A stretch of DNA of 64,000 nt from Candidatus Eiseniibacteriota bacterium (GCA_965224245.1 OZ245046.1:4768001-4832000), one strand, 5' to 3'; positions 37,003 through 46,768 are shown, numbered from the stretch's first letter. Notes: a model not told the origin generated them from the sequence alone. Made by a program: numbers and translations.

Positions 37003-39157
37003 CCGCGACCTCCCCTCCGGTGCTCTCTGGTACCTGGCTGCGCTCGGGTCGTGACGCGGAGATCGCCGCGGGAAGAACGACCTTGAACTGCGTGCCCGTC
37101 CCGAGATGGCTCCGTGCGACGAGCTCCCCGCGGTGGGCCTGAACGATCAGCCGGCTCTGGTAGACCCCGAGTCCGAGGCCGCCGCGCTTGGTCGTCGAGA
37201 AGGGGCGAAACAGTCGATCGCGGAGGAACTCCTCGGTCATTCCCTCGCCGGAGTCCTCGACCGAGATCACGACGACGTCGCCGCTCGCGCGCGACTCCTC
37301 GGCCGTCTCGATCGTCAGACTCCCTCCGTGGGGCATGGACTCGACGGCGTTGGTCACGAGATTGACGACCACGCGGAGCAGCATGGTCTCGTCGCCGCGG
37401 ATGTGGTGTGCGGCGTTGCTCCGGCAGGTCACCTCGATCGCCGGGCTCGCGCCCGCCGCCGTCTCTGCCAGGGCGGTCTTCACGAGCTCGTTCGGGTCGA
37501 GCAAGGAGTCCCGGCGTTCGGACGACTGGCGCAGCTCCGAGAGGTTGTTCACGAACCGCTGCATCCGCACGGCGACGCGGTCGAGATCCTCGGCACACAC
37601 CGCGCTGACCTCGGGATCGCCACCCCGCTCCTGGAGGTTCCGCACCGCCATCCGGAGCGGCGCGAGGTGGTTCTTGAGGTCGTGAAGCAGCATGCTGCTC
37701 CACTGCGAGATCAGCTCCATCTCGCGGGTCTCCGCGAGCTCCCGAGCCAGATCGCATGCACGAAGCGTCGACGCGATGTGCGCGGCGACGCTCTCGAGCA
37801 GGGTCGCGTCCTCGTAGGTGAAGGGATCGTCCGAGCTGGTCCGCGCGATGCCGACCACGCCGAGCAGCTGTCCGCCCTCCAGGAGCGGCACCAGGACCTG
37901 GCTCGCGGTACCGTCCAGCCAGTCGTCGTGCTCGGCGTAGATCGGAATGTAGGCGAAGTCGTCCGCGGCTCGATCGAGGATGATCGCGTTCCGGTTGACA
38001 CTCAGATGGTCGAACAGGGGCGTGTCGGGCCGGAGCGCGAGACCCCGTCCGACGCCCTTGCCGGTCACGGGGCGAACGTCGCCGGCGCCGCGATCGACGA
38101 GCGAGATCGTGACGACGTCGGCCAGGAAGACGCTCTCCAGGACCGTGACCGCCCGGTCGAGCACCTCCTGTCGATCCGACGTCGAGGCGAACGACTCGGT
38201 GACGAACGACCACTGGCTGCGGTAGTCGTAACGATTCACGTAGAAGTTGCGGTCGATGAACCGGCGGACCAGTCGTTGAAACCGGTGCGAGAAGATCAGG
38301 AGCGTACCCGCGAGGAGAATCAGGATTCCCGACGAGATGATCAGGACCTCATCGGGTGACGAGTTCGTCCACACTGCGACCTGGGCGGCGAGGCCGGCCG
38401 CGATCACGAAGAGCCCCGCCGCCAGGGCCGTGAACGACGAGTACACGAGCTTGCGCGACACCGGCGCCGCGACGTCCGTGAGGGATCCCCTCATGTATCC
38501 GTAGCCGACCAGGATCGAGGTCAGGCTCACCGGCAGGCCGGCCGCGACCATCTTGCCCAGGCCGAGGGACGAGTAGAGCATGCCGCTCACGAGGACGAAC
38601 GCCGCGTAGCCGGTCGTGAAGAACATGCCGAGCAGCGGCAGATGCATCCGCGTGCGCATCTCGGGTGGCGCGACCCGCAGCGTCTTCTCGAGGTTGTAGC
38701 CGATGAACACGAGCCCGCACATGATGTACGTCAGATACGCCTTCCCGATGTAGCCGAGCAGGATGGTCGCGCTCGGCTGGTCGGCGGCGACGCCCGATAC
38801 GAATCGACGGCTCGACAGACCGCAGAGGAGCGCGACGCCAACGATCGCGAGCAGGAGGATGTTCCGCCGCGAGGCGTGGAGCGAGTCCGCCGGGTTCTCG
38901 CGGCCGAACACCAGCGTGAACGCGTACGCGGCCAGGACGACGGGCGTGGCCATCGCCAGAATCCACTTCGCCACCACGGTGTCCGGTTCGCTCGCGTGAA
39001 GCAGTGACAGAATGAGCCCCAGGAGAACCGCGGTCGTGATGGAGAGAAGGGCCGTCGTCAACAAAAGCGGCCGCGATCGTCCGCGGATGACCACCGCACC
39101 GACGGGGAGCGCCGTCGATACCATGCTGGTGATGAGAAGCGCCTGCTGGATCGTCAC
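36980..39157 (-). CDS. prsK: PEP-CTERM system sensor histidine kinase (PrsK-like): multi-TM, GAF, HisKA, HATPase
   Basis: About 8 N-terminal TM segments; 'NFYVNRYDYRSQW'; GAF; H-box 'LLHDLKN'; 'DSGEGMTEEFLRDRLFRPFSTTK.GGLGLGVYQS'. Confidence 0.87.
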   Translation of the reverse strand: MTIQQALLITSMVSTALPVGAVVIRGRSRPLLLTTALLSITTAVLLGLILSLLHASEPDTVVAKWILAMATPVVLAAYAFTLVFGRENPADSLHASRRNILLLAIVGVALLCGLSSRRFVSGVAADQPSATILLGYIGKAYLTYIMCGLVFIGYNLEKTLRVAPPEMRTRMHLPLLGMFFTTGYAAFVLVSGMLYSSLGLGKMVAAGLPVSLTSILVGYGYMRGSLTDVAAPVSRKLVYSSFTALAAGLFVIAAGLAAQVAVWTNSSPDEVLIISSGILILLAGTLLIFSHRFQRLVRRFIDRNFYVNRYDYRSQWSFVTESFASTSDRQEVLDRAVTVLESVFLADVVTISLVDRGAGDVRPVTGKGVGRGLALRPDTPLFDHLSVNRNAIILDRAADDFAYIPIYAEHDDWLDGTASQVLVPLLEGGQLLGVVGIARTSSDDPFTYEDATLLESVAAHIASTLRACDLARELAETREMELISQWSSMLLHDLKNHLAPLRMAVRNLQERGGDPEVSAVCAEDLDRVAVRMQRFVNNLSELRQSSERRDSLLDPNELVKTALAETAAGASPAIEVTCRSNAAHHIRGDETMLLRVVVNLVTNAVESMPHGGSLTIETAEESRASGDVVVISVEDSGEGMTEEFLRDRLFRPFSTTKRGGLGLGVYQSRLIVQAHRGELVARSHLGTGTQFKVVLPAAISASRPERSQVPESTGGEVAGVRVIQT

Positions 39158-40662
39158 GGCATGGCCTCCCCCCGGAGGCGGTCGGCCTCGGAGCTGGCCC
39201 AGAGACCGACGTCGGACCGGGGCTCCATCGCGGCGATCCGGTCGAGGATGTCCACCGTGCGGGCCGTGTCCGCGAGCTGGGACATGGCCAGCCGTGCGGC
39301 ATCCACGAGCACCAGCGCGCCCGTCCGGGTGCTGCCGGCGACCTCGCCCAGCCGCTCCATCTCCGTGACCGCGCCGGCGAAGTCCTCGTTCAGCATGAGC
39401 GACTCGGCCAGCTTCCTGCGGGCCAGGAGTGTGCGGTCGCTCGGTGGGAAGCGCTCGATGAAGTCGCGGTACTCGCGTACGGCTCGGGTCAGGGCCTCCT
39501 TCATCGCATCGGTCTCGCCGGTGGTGCGGTAACGGAGCGCGATCTCGAGCGGCGCCGTCAGCGCGGCCTCGCTGATCGGGTGCTCCACCGTCAGCTCGCG
39601 GTAGGCGGCGAGGGCGTCGGGCCAGCGTCCGTCGATGGAGGCCATGAGCCGGGCCCGTGTCAGCATTGCGCCGGATACGACGTCGTCGGAGCCGATCTCC
39701 AGCGCGCGAAGCCGGTCGATGTAGCCGATCGCTTCCTCGATCTCGCCGCGCGTGGCCGCGTTCCCGGCCAGCGTCACGTAGACCTGCGGGATGAACGGCG
39801 AGGAGGGATAGTCGTCGATGATGGACTGGAGCAGGGCCCGCACGTCTCGCTGATCGGCGCCCGAACGTGCGTGAAGGTCGGCCCGGCGAAGGCGGAAGCC
39901 CTCGGGCGGGAACCTCTCGGACCCGGTATCGCGGGCCCACTCCTCGAGCGTCACGAGCTGCCGCTCGGCCGAGGACCACTCGCGGAGATCCACGCTGATC
40001 TCCGCCAGGAGAGTCTGGGCCGAGGCCCCGAGCTCCGTCCTGTCCTCGGTCTCGACGATGGCCTCGTAGTACGCCCTGGCGGCCGCGTAGAGTGACGGGC
40101 GTTCGGCCTCGGACGCCTCACCCGCCCGGAGCCGCGCGATCCGGAGATACAGGTCGAGCTCCATGCCGGCCTCGTTCGCGGCGGGCGTGGTCAGGTCGGC
40201 TCGGGAGACGACCTCGGAGTAGTACTCCGCGGCCTGGAGCGCGCGTCCTCGCCGCTCCGCGATCGCGCCCTGGGACAGCGCGGCCTGGGCGACGATCGCG
40301 TCCATGTCCGCGTAGCGCTCGCGCATCGCTCCCAGCGTCTCCAGGACGGCGGCGGTGTCGCCCAGCGCACTCTGGATCTGAACCGCGCTGAACGCTGCCT
40401 GGGCCGTCGCCCGGCGGATCTGACGGCCCACGAGACTCGTGTCACCCTCGACGTGTGCGTATCGAGGCGGGATGGCCTCGTACAGGTCGATCAGTGCGTG
40501 CCACTGGTCACGCGTGACCAGATCGGGGCGAACGGCCAGGTTCCGGTACTCGTAGTCGGCCAGCCACACGTCGCGGTCCGCCCGAAAGCGATCCCCGATC
40601 CTCGGGTCCACGCACCCGACGACGAGCAGCCCCAAGAGCGCGATCCACCGGGAGTCCCTCAT
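39154..40662 (-). CDS. TPR-repeat lipoprotein (possible PrsT analogue)
   Basis: Lipobox 'LVVGC'; helical repeats with 'YPSS', 'HPIS', 'FPPS'. Translationally coupled to prsK. Confidence 0.7.
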   Translation of the reverse strand: MRDSRWIALLGLLVVGCVDPRIGDRFRADRDVWLADYEYRNLAVRPDLVTRDQWHALIDLYEAIPPRYAHVEGDTSLVGRQIRRATAQAAFSAVQIQSALGDTAAVLETLGAMRERYADMDAIVAQAALSQGAIAERRGRALQAAEYYSEVVSRADLTTPAANEAGMELDLYLRIARLRAGEASEAERPSLYAAARAYYEAIVETEDRTELGASAQTLLAEISVDLREWSSAERQLVTLEEWARDTGSERFPPEGFRLRRADLHARSGADQRDVRALLQSIIDDYPSSPFIPQVYVTLAGNAATRGEIEEAIGYIDRLRALEIGSDDVVSGAMLTRARLMASIDGRWPDALAAYRELTVEHPISEAALTAPLEIALRYRTTGETDAMKEALTRAVREYRDFIERFPPSDRTLLARRKLAESLMLNEDFAGAVTEMERLGEVAGSTRTGALVLVDAARLAMSQLADTARTVDILDRIAAMEPRSDVGLWASSEADRLRGEAMP

Positions 40663-41504
40663 CGCGCGACCTCGATGCGCCACATGAACAGCCGCGTGAT
40701 GGCGCCGACGGCGAGGAACGTGGCCAGCATCTGCGTGACGAACTGGGCCACGAGCAGTCCAGTGACGACCTCGGGACGGAACCGACTGACGAGGAAGTCG
40801 ACGCGAAGTCCCGCATACCAGAACGGCAACAGGAGAATCAGCGCGAGCGTCAGCACCAGCATGGTCGGAAGAAACGTCCGGGCCGCGACCCGGAAGGAGT
40901 CGCGCACGGCGGGCAGCGCGCGATGGCCCGCGATCAGCATCCATGGAGTGGCGTAGGCAAACGCGCACTGCACGAGGAGGAACAGGACCACTCCACCGCC
41001 TCGAACGCCCCAGCGCGCTGCGCGGCTCGCGGCGATCGGATCCGGGGCGAACCGTCCGATGAGCCAATCGAGGGCAAGCACGACCAGTGCGGAGACCGCC
41101 GCCACGAGAATCAGACCGGGCGCCCGACGCACGGCTCGCCGCCACGGCTGCGCCGCGTCCCCGCTGACCAGCCCGAAGACGCGAGCGAAGTAGAGCGTTG
41201 CCGCACCGATCGCGATCGACTCGACGAGCACCGTGATCACGAGCCCGCCGCGCACCATCATCGTGGGCAGTGCCAGGTAAAAGGCGGGGTATCGGGTCGC
41301 GAGGTCGCCGCCGAGGGCCTTCACCAGCGGTGCGGCGATTGGAAGGACCGCCGGTCGATGGAACGACACGATCAGCGCGAGCAGCCCCAGCTGAACGAGG
41401 AGCGTCACGAAGAAAGGCACCCAGATCCGGGGCCGGAAGAAGACCTGAAACACCGATGCGTATGAGCGGCCCGACACCGACACCGCTGCGACCAGTCCTG
41501 CCAT
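40659..41504 (-). CDS. Conserved multi-pass membrane protein, first gene of the prs/EPS operon
   Basis: About six hydrophobic segments; ATGA-coupled to the TPR lipoprotein. Confidence 0.65.
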   Translation of the reverse strand: MAGLVAAVSVSGRSYASVFQVFFRPRIWVPFFVTLLVQLGLLALIVSFHRPAVLPIAAPLVKALGGDLATRYPAFYLALPTMMVRGGLVITVLVESIAIGAATLYFARVFGLVSGDAAQPWRRAVRRAPGLILVAAVSALVVLALDWLIGRFAPDPIAASRAARWGVRGGGVVLFLLVQCAFAYATPWMLIAGHRALPAVRDSFRVAARTFLPTMLVLTLALILLLPFWYAGLRVDFLVSRFRPEVVTGLLVAQFVTQMLATFLAVGAITRLFMWRIEVAR

Positions 41505-41950
41505 CTGAGCTGTCCACCCTCGCGTCGACCGCCGAGGCGACGCAACTGTTTGGCGTTACACGTTCACGTTCACGTTCACGTCGATCGATGTCGGTATGCG
41601 CATGTGGGCGGACAGATTCTGCGGGGCTGCGAGGATTCCGCGGCGCGCGCCCGGCACTGACCCAAACCGTCGTGATGAAGCCCGAGTCCAGGCTGTGTAT
41701 GGTACCGCTGACGCGGCACTTTGGGGAAGGAAAATGACAGTCTTCCAGGATACACCTCATGATTGGGGCGCCGATGCATGCCCGCGAGGGGTGCGACACC
41801 GGGGAGCGGCGAGGCAACCCGTTGTCAGATAGGGGCAATTGAACAACAGGACCTCTTCCGCGGCCGGGTACCGCTCGCGGTCGGTCGGCGCGCGTCGAGA
41901 ACGGCCCGACCGAGCTGTTGGCATTTCACGACATTATGTGAAAGGAGAGA

Positions 41951-41963
41951 CAACCTGTTGATG
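41951..41963 (-). promoter_or_regulatory. IHF-like binding site in the AT-rich divergent intergenic region
   Basis: Minus-strand CATCAACAGGTTG differs from WATCAANNNNTTR only at position 1. Confidence 0.4.
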
Positions 41964-42004
41964 TATATGATCTTATGGCTCAAATCGCACCGTGGCGAGT
42001 CCCG

Positions 42005-42024
42005 GTGAAAGCCCGACCTGACAC
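42005..42024. promoter_or_regulatory. Candidate PrsR enhancer upstream of PEP-CTERM gene 1
   Basis: Reverse complement GTGTCAGGTCGGGCTTTCAC matches the 46769-46788 palindrome at 15/20 positions. About 100 bp upstream of the sigma-54 site. Confidence 0.55.
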
Positions 42025-42120
42025 CGGGCCGGTCGCCTGGGCACACGTGCCCCGGGCCGTGTAGCGATCGTTCTAATGCATCTCGTTATCTGGCAATAAA
42101 ATACGTCGCCGTCGGGGTCG

Positions 42121-42136
42121 TGGCATCAATCGTGCG
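42121..42136 (+). promoter_or_regulatory. Sigma-54 (-24/-12) promoter of PEP-CTERM gene 1
   Basis: TGGCATCAATCGTGCG with GG (42122) and GC (42134) at the canonical spacing; about 100 bp before the ATG. Confidence 0.7.
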
Positions 42137-42236
42137 AATGGTGTCCAATCGCTGGGTTTGCTCTGAACGGTGCCTTCGGCTGGTTCTTTCGTAAATCTAC
42201 CCATAGAGACACGAAGTAGCAAAGATTGGTGAATAG

Positions 42237-43004
42237 ATGAACTTTTCCGCTGCATTACCGGCGGCGGCCATCGCGCTGGTGGTGACTCACGGACCCGCGC
42301 TGGCAAGCGGCACGCTGACGATTCCAGGCTGGTACGACGGCTACTCCGCGGTGTCCGTCTCGCTCGACGTCGACGGCGCGAGCCACAGCAACGTGTTGCT
42401 GGGACCCTTCCGCGCCACGTTCACCCCGACCGGCGGCGTCGCGGAGACCGTCGAGGGCCCCCTCTACTGCCTCGACATCTACCACTCCTTCAGCTGGGGA
42501 CAGACCTGGGACGTGACCTGCTACACGATCCCACCCGACACGCCGCCGGCGCCGCCGTACAACGTCGAGCACGCGGCGTACATCTACAACAGATTCGGCT
42601 ACGACTACGGGACGAACGCGAACGCCCGCGCCGTTCAGCTCGCGATGTGGGAGGTCTCCCACGAGGGCGAGACCGGCGGCGTCGCAGACTGGATCGCTCA
42701 GTTCGACGCCGGCACGTCGTGGACCACCGGCACGTTCAAGGGTTCGGGCTCGACCTTCGACACGATCGCGACGAGGGCCAACGACTACCTGGCGGACCTC
42801 CGCGCACACCTCGCGGCCGTCGAGGGCGGAGGGACCTTCGACCAGGGCCAGGCCGTCGTGTACTACGAGCCCTACGACGGGCAGCCCGGTCAGGGCCAGA
42901 TGGGACGCGCACGGGTACCCGAGCCCGGGGTTCTGCTGGTCCTCGGAACCACCGCGTCACTCTTCTGTGGCGCGCAGCTGCGCCGCCGGCGGCGGACCGG
43001 ATAG
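42237..43004 (+). CDS. PEP-CTERM surface protein with thioester-domain-like motifs
   Basis: Signal peptide; 'LYCLD', 'AVQLAMWE', 'PGQGQM'; C-terminal 'VPEPGVLLVLGTTASLFCGAQLRRRRR'. Confidence 0.88.
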   Translation: MNFSAALPAAAIALVVTHGPALASGTLTIPGWYDGYSAVSVSLDVDGASHSNVLLGPFRATFTPTGGVAETVEGPLYCLDIYHSFSWGQTWDVTCYTIPPDTPPAPPYNVEHAAYIYNRFGYDYGTNANARAVQLAMWEVSHEGETGGVADWIAQFDAGTSWTTGTFKGSGSTFDTIATRANDYLADLRAHLAAVEGGGTFDQGQAVVYYEPYDGQPGQGQMGRARVPEPGVLLVLGTTASLFCGAQLRRRRRTG

Positions 43005-43033
43005 GCGGCGCGTCACGATCGTTCCTCATCACG

Positions 43034-43065
43034 GAGCGGGGTCGCACGAGCGGCTCCGCTCTTTG
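43034..43065 (+). terminator. Rho-independent terminator after PEP-CTERM gene 1
   Basis: 12-bp stem GAGCGGGGTCGC / GCGGCTCCGCTC (two G-U pairs), 4-nt loop, followed by TTTG. Confidence 0.6.
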
Positions 43066-43232
43066 CTCGTCACCACCCATCCGCGCCCGTCGCTCATCGT
43101 CACACCCAGCACGTCGGGAGTGCGTCGACTCACCACCTGGACGTGCCCCTCCGTAGCTCGATCCGAGGGCCCTGCGGTATAGTCGCGGACTCCGGCCGCC
43201 GATCACCCGTTCCCATCCAGCGGGAAACGACC

Positions 43233-44102
43233 ATGAGAGTGCTGTCCGTGCTCGACACCGAGAACCAGGCACGTGGGATCACCAGGACGTTGCTCTCCGT
43301 CACGGCGCTCGTGGCGGTGCTCGTCGCGACGTACCTGCACACGCTCACCGAGTGGGTCCGTGACTGGATCCGGGACGAGAACTACAACCACGGGTTCCTC
43401 ATCGCGCTCATCTCCGGCTACCTCGTCTGGAGTCAGCGTGCCGGGCTGAGGACGTTGCCCCGGCGCCCTTCCTGGATTGGCGCGATCACGCTGGTCGTGT
43501 CCTGCGGCCTGTTTCTCCTGGGAACGGCCGGGGCCGAGGTCTTCACGCAGCGCATGAGCTTTCTCGGCGCTCTCGGCTCACTGGTGCTCCTGCTGGGCGG
43601 CTGGCGACACCTCCGGGCAACGGCGTTCCCGATCGCGCTCCTCGTCCTCGCGATCCCGTTGCCGTACGTCCTGTACTACGGCATGACGGCACCGATGCAG
43701 GCCTTCGCGGCTCGGTGCGCCCTCCTGGGCCTCGACCTCGTGGGGATCCCGGCGGCGATCCAGGGCAACGTGATCTACCTGAACCAGGCCACGCTCGAGG
43801 TCGCGCACGCGTGCTCCGGCATCCGGTCGCTGTACTCGTTTCTGGCCATCGGCGCGCTGGCGGCGCGCTTCACGCCCGCGCCGATCTGGACGCGCGTGCT
43901 ACTGTTCCTGCTCGCGATCCCGCTCAGCATTCTCGGCAACGCGATTCGCGTGTGGGGCACGGGCATCGGTGTTCACATGTTCGGCCTGGGGGTTGCCGAG
44001 GGCGCCGTGCACGAGGTGTTCGGCATCGTCACCATCGTGCTGGGGCTGGGCTTCTTCTTTCTCGTTCGCTTCGCGCTGAGGCAGCGATGGTCATCCGGCT
44101 GA
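43233..44102 (+). CDS. xrt: Exosortase (EpsH/Xrt family)
   Basis: 'DENYNHGFLI', catalytic 'VAHACSGIRSL', 'NAIRV', 'VHE'; about 8 TM segments. Confidence 0.93.
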   Translation: MRVLSVLDTENQARGITRTLLSVTALVAVLVATYLHTLTEWVRDWIRDENYNHGFLIALISGYLVWSQRAGLRTLPRRPSWIGAITLVVSCGLFLLGTAGAEVFTQRMSFLGALGSLVLLLGGWRHLRATAFPIALLVLAIPLPYVLYYGMTAPMQAFAARCALLGLDLVGIPAAIQGNVIYLNQATLEVAHACSGIRSLYSFLAIGALAARFTPAPIWTRVLLFLLAIPLSILGNAIRVWGTGIGVHMFGLGVAEGAVHEVFGIVTIVLGLGFFFLVRFALRQRWSSG

Positions 44103-44704
44103 TCCTCGCGATCGTCCTTCTGGCCGGCTCCGGGATGTACGCCCATCAGCTGCGGGGCGCGCGGACGCCCATCGGTGAGCTGCCCGCGCTGGGAGAGCTC
44201 CCGGCCGAGTTCGGATCGTGGTGGAGTGAGGACATCCCCATCAGCGACGTCGAGGTCCGGGTGCTTGCGGCCGACACGCTGATCAACCGTCGCTATCGCG
44301 ATCCGGCCGGCACCGTGGTCTGGCTGTTCGTGGCGTACTTCAAGGAGCAGTCCGTCAACTCCCAGATTCACTCGCCTCGGAACTGCCTCCCGGGCGCCGG
44401 GTGGCGGGTGGAATTCGTGGACACCCGCGACGTGGCCGTGGGTCCGGTGACGGCGCCGGTCACGTGCATGCGCATCGCGAACGACGAGCACCACGAGGAC
44501 GTCTTCTACTGGTTCCGCACGAGATCGGGGTGGATCGCCGGCGAGTATCGGCTCAAGTGGGATCTGATGATGAACGCCATCGCCCGGCGGCCGACGGACG
44601 CGCTGTTCGTACGGGTCATCTCGAGCCGGCCCGAGTCCGCCCTGGCGCTGATGTCCGAGATCCAGCCGCCGCTCGATCGCATCCTGGCCGAGGTGGGCCT
44701 GTGA
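44087..44704 (+). CDS. epsI: EpsI-family exosortase-associated protein
   Basis: 'LFVAYFKEQ...IHSPRNCLPGAGW', 'VFYWF', 'RPTDALFVRV'. Confidence 0.9.
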   Translation: MVIRLILAIVLLAGSGMYAHQLRGARTPIGELPALGELPAEFGSWWSEDIPISDVEVRVLAADTLINRRYRDPAGTVVWLFVAYFKEQSVNSQIHSPRNCLPGAGWRVEFVDTRDVAVGPVTAPVTCMRIANDEHHEDVFYWFRTRSGWIAGEYRLKWDLMMNAIARRPTDALFVRVISSRPESALALMSEIQPPLDRILAEVGL

Positions 44705-45630
44705 CGGCCCCGGAGGCGATTTCACGCGCGGCGCTCTCGGTCGACGTCGAGGACTACTTCCAGGTCGAGGTGATGCGCGAGCTCTGTCCGCGTAGTGCCT
44801 GGGATCGGTTCGAGGACCGCACGGTCGCAAACACCGAACGTCTCCTTCGGATCGCCGCCGAGCGAGGCGCACGGGCGACGTTCTTCGTTCTCGGGTGGTG
44901 CGCGGAACGACACCCCGACCTCGTGCGACGGATCGCGAGCGAGGGTCACGAGATCGCCTCTCACGGCTACGATCACGAGCTCATCTACAACCAGACTCCG
45001 GACGAGTTCCGGGAGGACGTCCGGCGGGCGAAGCGGCTTCTGGAGGATCTCGCCGGCCGCGAGGTCGTCGGATACCGCGCGCCGTCCTACACGATCGTCG
45101 AGCGCACGCGGTGGGCGCTGCCCATCCTCGTCGAGGAAGGCTATCGGTACGACAGCAGCATCTTCCCGATTCGACGCCGGCGCTACGGCTGGCCGGACGC
45201 GCCGAGCCTCCCCCACCGCATCCAGGTGGCGGACGGGCGGTTCATCGCCGAGTTCCCGATGCCCACCCTGCGGGTGGGTCCGATCCGGCTGCCGACGACC
45301 GGAGGGGCATATCTCCGACTCCTGCCGTTCTCGTTTCAGAAGTGGTGGGTACGCGATGCCGTGAAGAGGGCGAGGCCGTTCGTGATGAACATCCATCCCT
45401 GGGAGATCGATCCCGGGCAGCCACGACTCCCGGTGGGGCGTCGTATCCGGGTGACGCACTACCACGGACAGGCCCATGCGGCGCGAAGGCTCTCTGCGCT
45501 GCTGGCGCTGGGGGCCTATCGCTCCGTCGCGGACGTCCTCCAGGCCATGGGCCTCATGGAGGGCACGGGCGATTCCCGGACCCCCGACTCCACCGACTTC
45601 TCGGCGGGCCGGGACGGCGTCGCACGCTGA
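44701..45630 (+). CDS. PEP-CTERM-associated polysaccharide deacetylase (with DUF3473)
   Basis: 'SVDVEDYFQV', 'ATFFVLGW', 'HEIASHGYDH', 'GYRAPSY', 'GGAYLRLLP', 'HPWEIDPGQPR'. Confidence 0.92.
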   Translation: MTAPEAISRAALSVDVEDYFQVEVMRELCPRSAWDRFEDRTVANTERLLRIAAERGARATFFVLGWCAERHPDLVRRIASEGHEIASHGYDHELIYNQTPDEFREDVRRAKRLLEDLAGREVVGYRAPSYTIVERTRWALPILVEEGYRYDSSIFPIRRRRYGWPDAPSLPHRIQVADGRFIAEFPMPTLRVGPIRLPTTGGAYLRLLPFSFQKWWVRDAVKRARPFVMNIHPWEIDPGQPRLPVGRRIRVTHYHGQAHAARRLSALLALGAYRSVADVLQAMGLMEGTGDSRTPDSTDFSAGRDGVAR

Positions 45631-45652
45631 CCCGACCGTCACCGGCGGGCAT

Positions 45653-45686
45653 GAAGAAGCCCCCTCATCCCACCGGATGAGGGGGC
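45653..45686 (-). terminator. Terminator hairpin between the convergent deacetylase and PEP-CTERM gene 2
   Basis: Perfect 12-bp stem GCCCCCTCATCC / GGATGAGGGGGC, 4-nt loop; TTCTTC follows on the minus strand. Confidence 0.75.
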
Positions 45687-45723
45687 CGCCATCGGATCGA
45701 ACGAGACGCTACCGCGGCGATCG

Positions 45724-46398
45724 CTACGCGATGGGCGTCCTCCGGAACCGCGCCAGGCCCGCGCCGATGCCGAAGAGGCCGAGCACGAGCATCGTGGCCG
45801 GCTCGGGGATCGCGCGCATGCCGTCGGTCGCGTATCCGGTCACGCCGGTGTTCGTGCCGTCCTCGTTCGCGACGAAGATGTGGGCCGCCACGTACTGATC
45901 CTTATCGTTCAGGGCCAGGATGTCGGCGTCCGAGGACCAGGCGCCGGAGGTCCGGGTCAGGTTGAACGTGATGTCGGCGACGCAGTACGAGAAGCCATCG
46001 AAGTTGTTCCACCGCGTGTTGAACGTGCCCCAGCCGTCGACGACCCCGGATCCACCGGACACCGGATAGCCGGCTGCGAGGGACGCCCACGGGGCGGCCG
46101 TGGCGGTCGACAGCGCCGAGCTCACGTTCCCCGCGTCGGCGAGGTTGTAGGCGACCATCGAGCCGTCCCCGAAGCCGTACCGGAAGCCGCCGATCGGCCC
46201 CAGGTTGGAGATGAATCGGATGGTTGCCGTCGTCGGGCTCAGATACGTCACCTCGACGCTGCCGAACGGCGCCGGCTTGTCGGCTATCGACGTATTGCCC
46301 AGTCCCAGCTCGAGCGTGAGAGCCGATGCGGGTCCACTGACGCCCGCCAGCAGGACGGCTCCCAGCAACGCAGCCACCGTTGTCTTGATCCGTGTCAC
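45724..46398 (-). CDS. PEP-CTERM surface protein 2
   Basis: Signal peptide ending 'PASA'; C-terminal 'IPEPATMLVLGLFGIGAGLARFRR'. GTG start after GAAGGGAG. Confidence 0.9.
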   Translation of the reverse strand: MTRIKTTVAALLGAVLLAGVSGPASALTLELGLGNTSIADKPAPFGSVEVTYLSPTTATIRFISNLGPIGGFRYGFGDGSMVAYNLADAGNVSSALSTATAAPWASLAAGYPVSGGSGVVDGWGTFNTRWNNFDGFSYCVADITFNLTRTSGAWSSDADILALNDKDQYVAAHIFVANEDGTNTGVTGYATDGMRAIPEPATMLVLGLFGIGAGLARFRRTPIA

Positions 46399-46500
46399 GT
46401 CGGGTCTCCCTTCACAGAACCAAGATGCCGGCACAGCGCGTCGTCTTCGTGCCGACCCTCTTTGGTGATCAGCTGTCTCTCGTTTCAGCCATCTCTCTTC

Positions 46501-46516
46501 AGCAAGCTTCGTTCCA
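46501..46516 (-). promoter_or_regulatory. Sigma-54 (-24/-12) promoter of PEP-CTERM gene 2
   Basis: Minus-strand TGGAACGAAGCTTGCT, close to TGGCAC-N5-TTGCW; about 100 bp before the start codon. Confidence 0.8.
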
Positions 46517-46768
46517 TCTCGGCCGCCGGGATGCCGGGATCGGACGGGGAATCTGTCAAGTCATTCAAGGGAGACTACATAGAGCGGCAGCCGCGCCGCC
46601 GAGTCACGCACGACGGCGGACCCGTGGGCGCCGACCGGCGGTCGGCTCGGGTGCGTGGTGTCTGCTCCACCCGATGGTTCTCGTTCCCCTGGACTTCGGC
46701 CGGGACAGGCCCGCCCGCAACACATTTCAGAAAATGAAGTTAGATCGATGGAGGCCCCGCGCCGCATC

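Noticed and set aside
41559-41581. (CACGTT)x3.8 tandem hexamer upstream of the prs/EPS operon
   Set aside because: Too short to support a phase-variation claim from one sequence, and no spacers, so not CRISPR.
13940-41838. Apparent fusion proteins implied by long track ORFs (13940..17116, 24940..27369, 36980..39979, 39154..41838)
   Set aside because: The N-terminal extensions overlap upstream genes in other frames. The real starts are internal, mostly at ATGA/GTGA overlaps.
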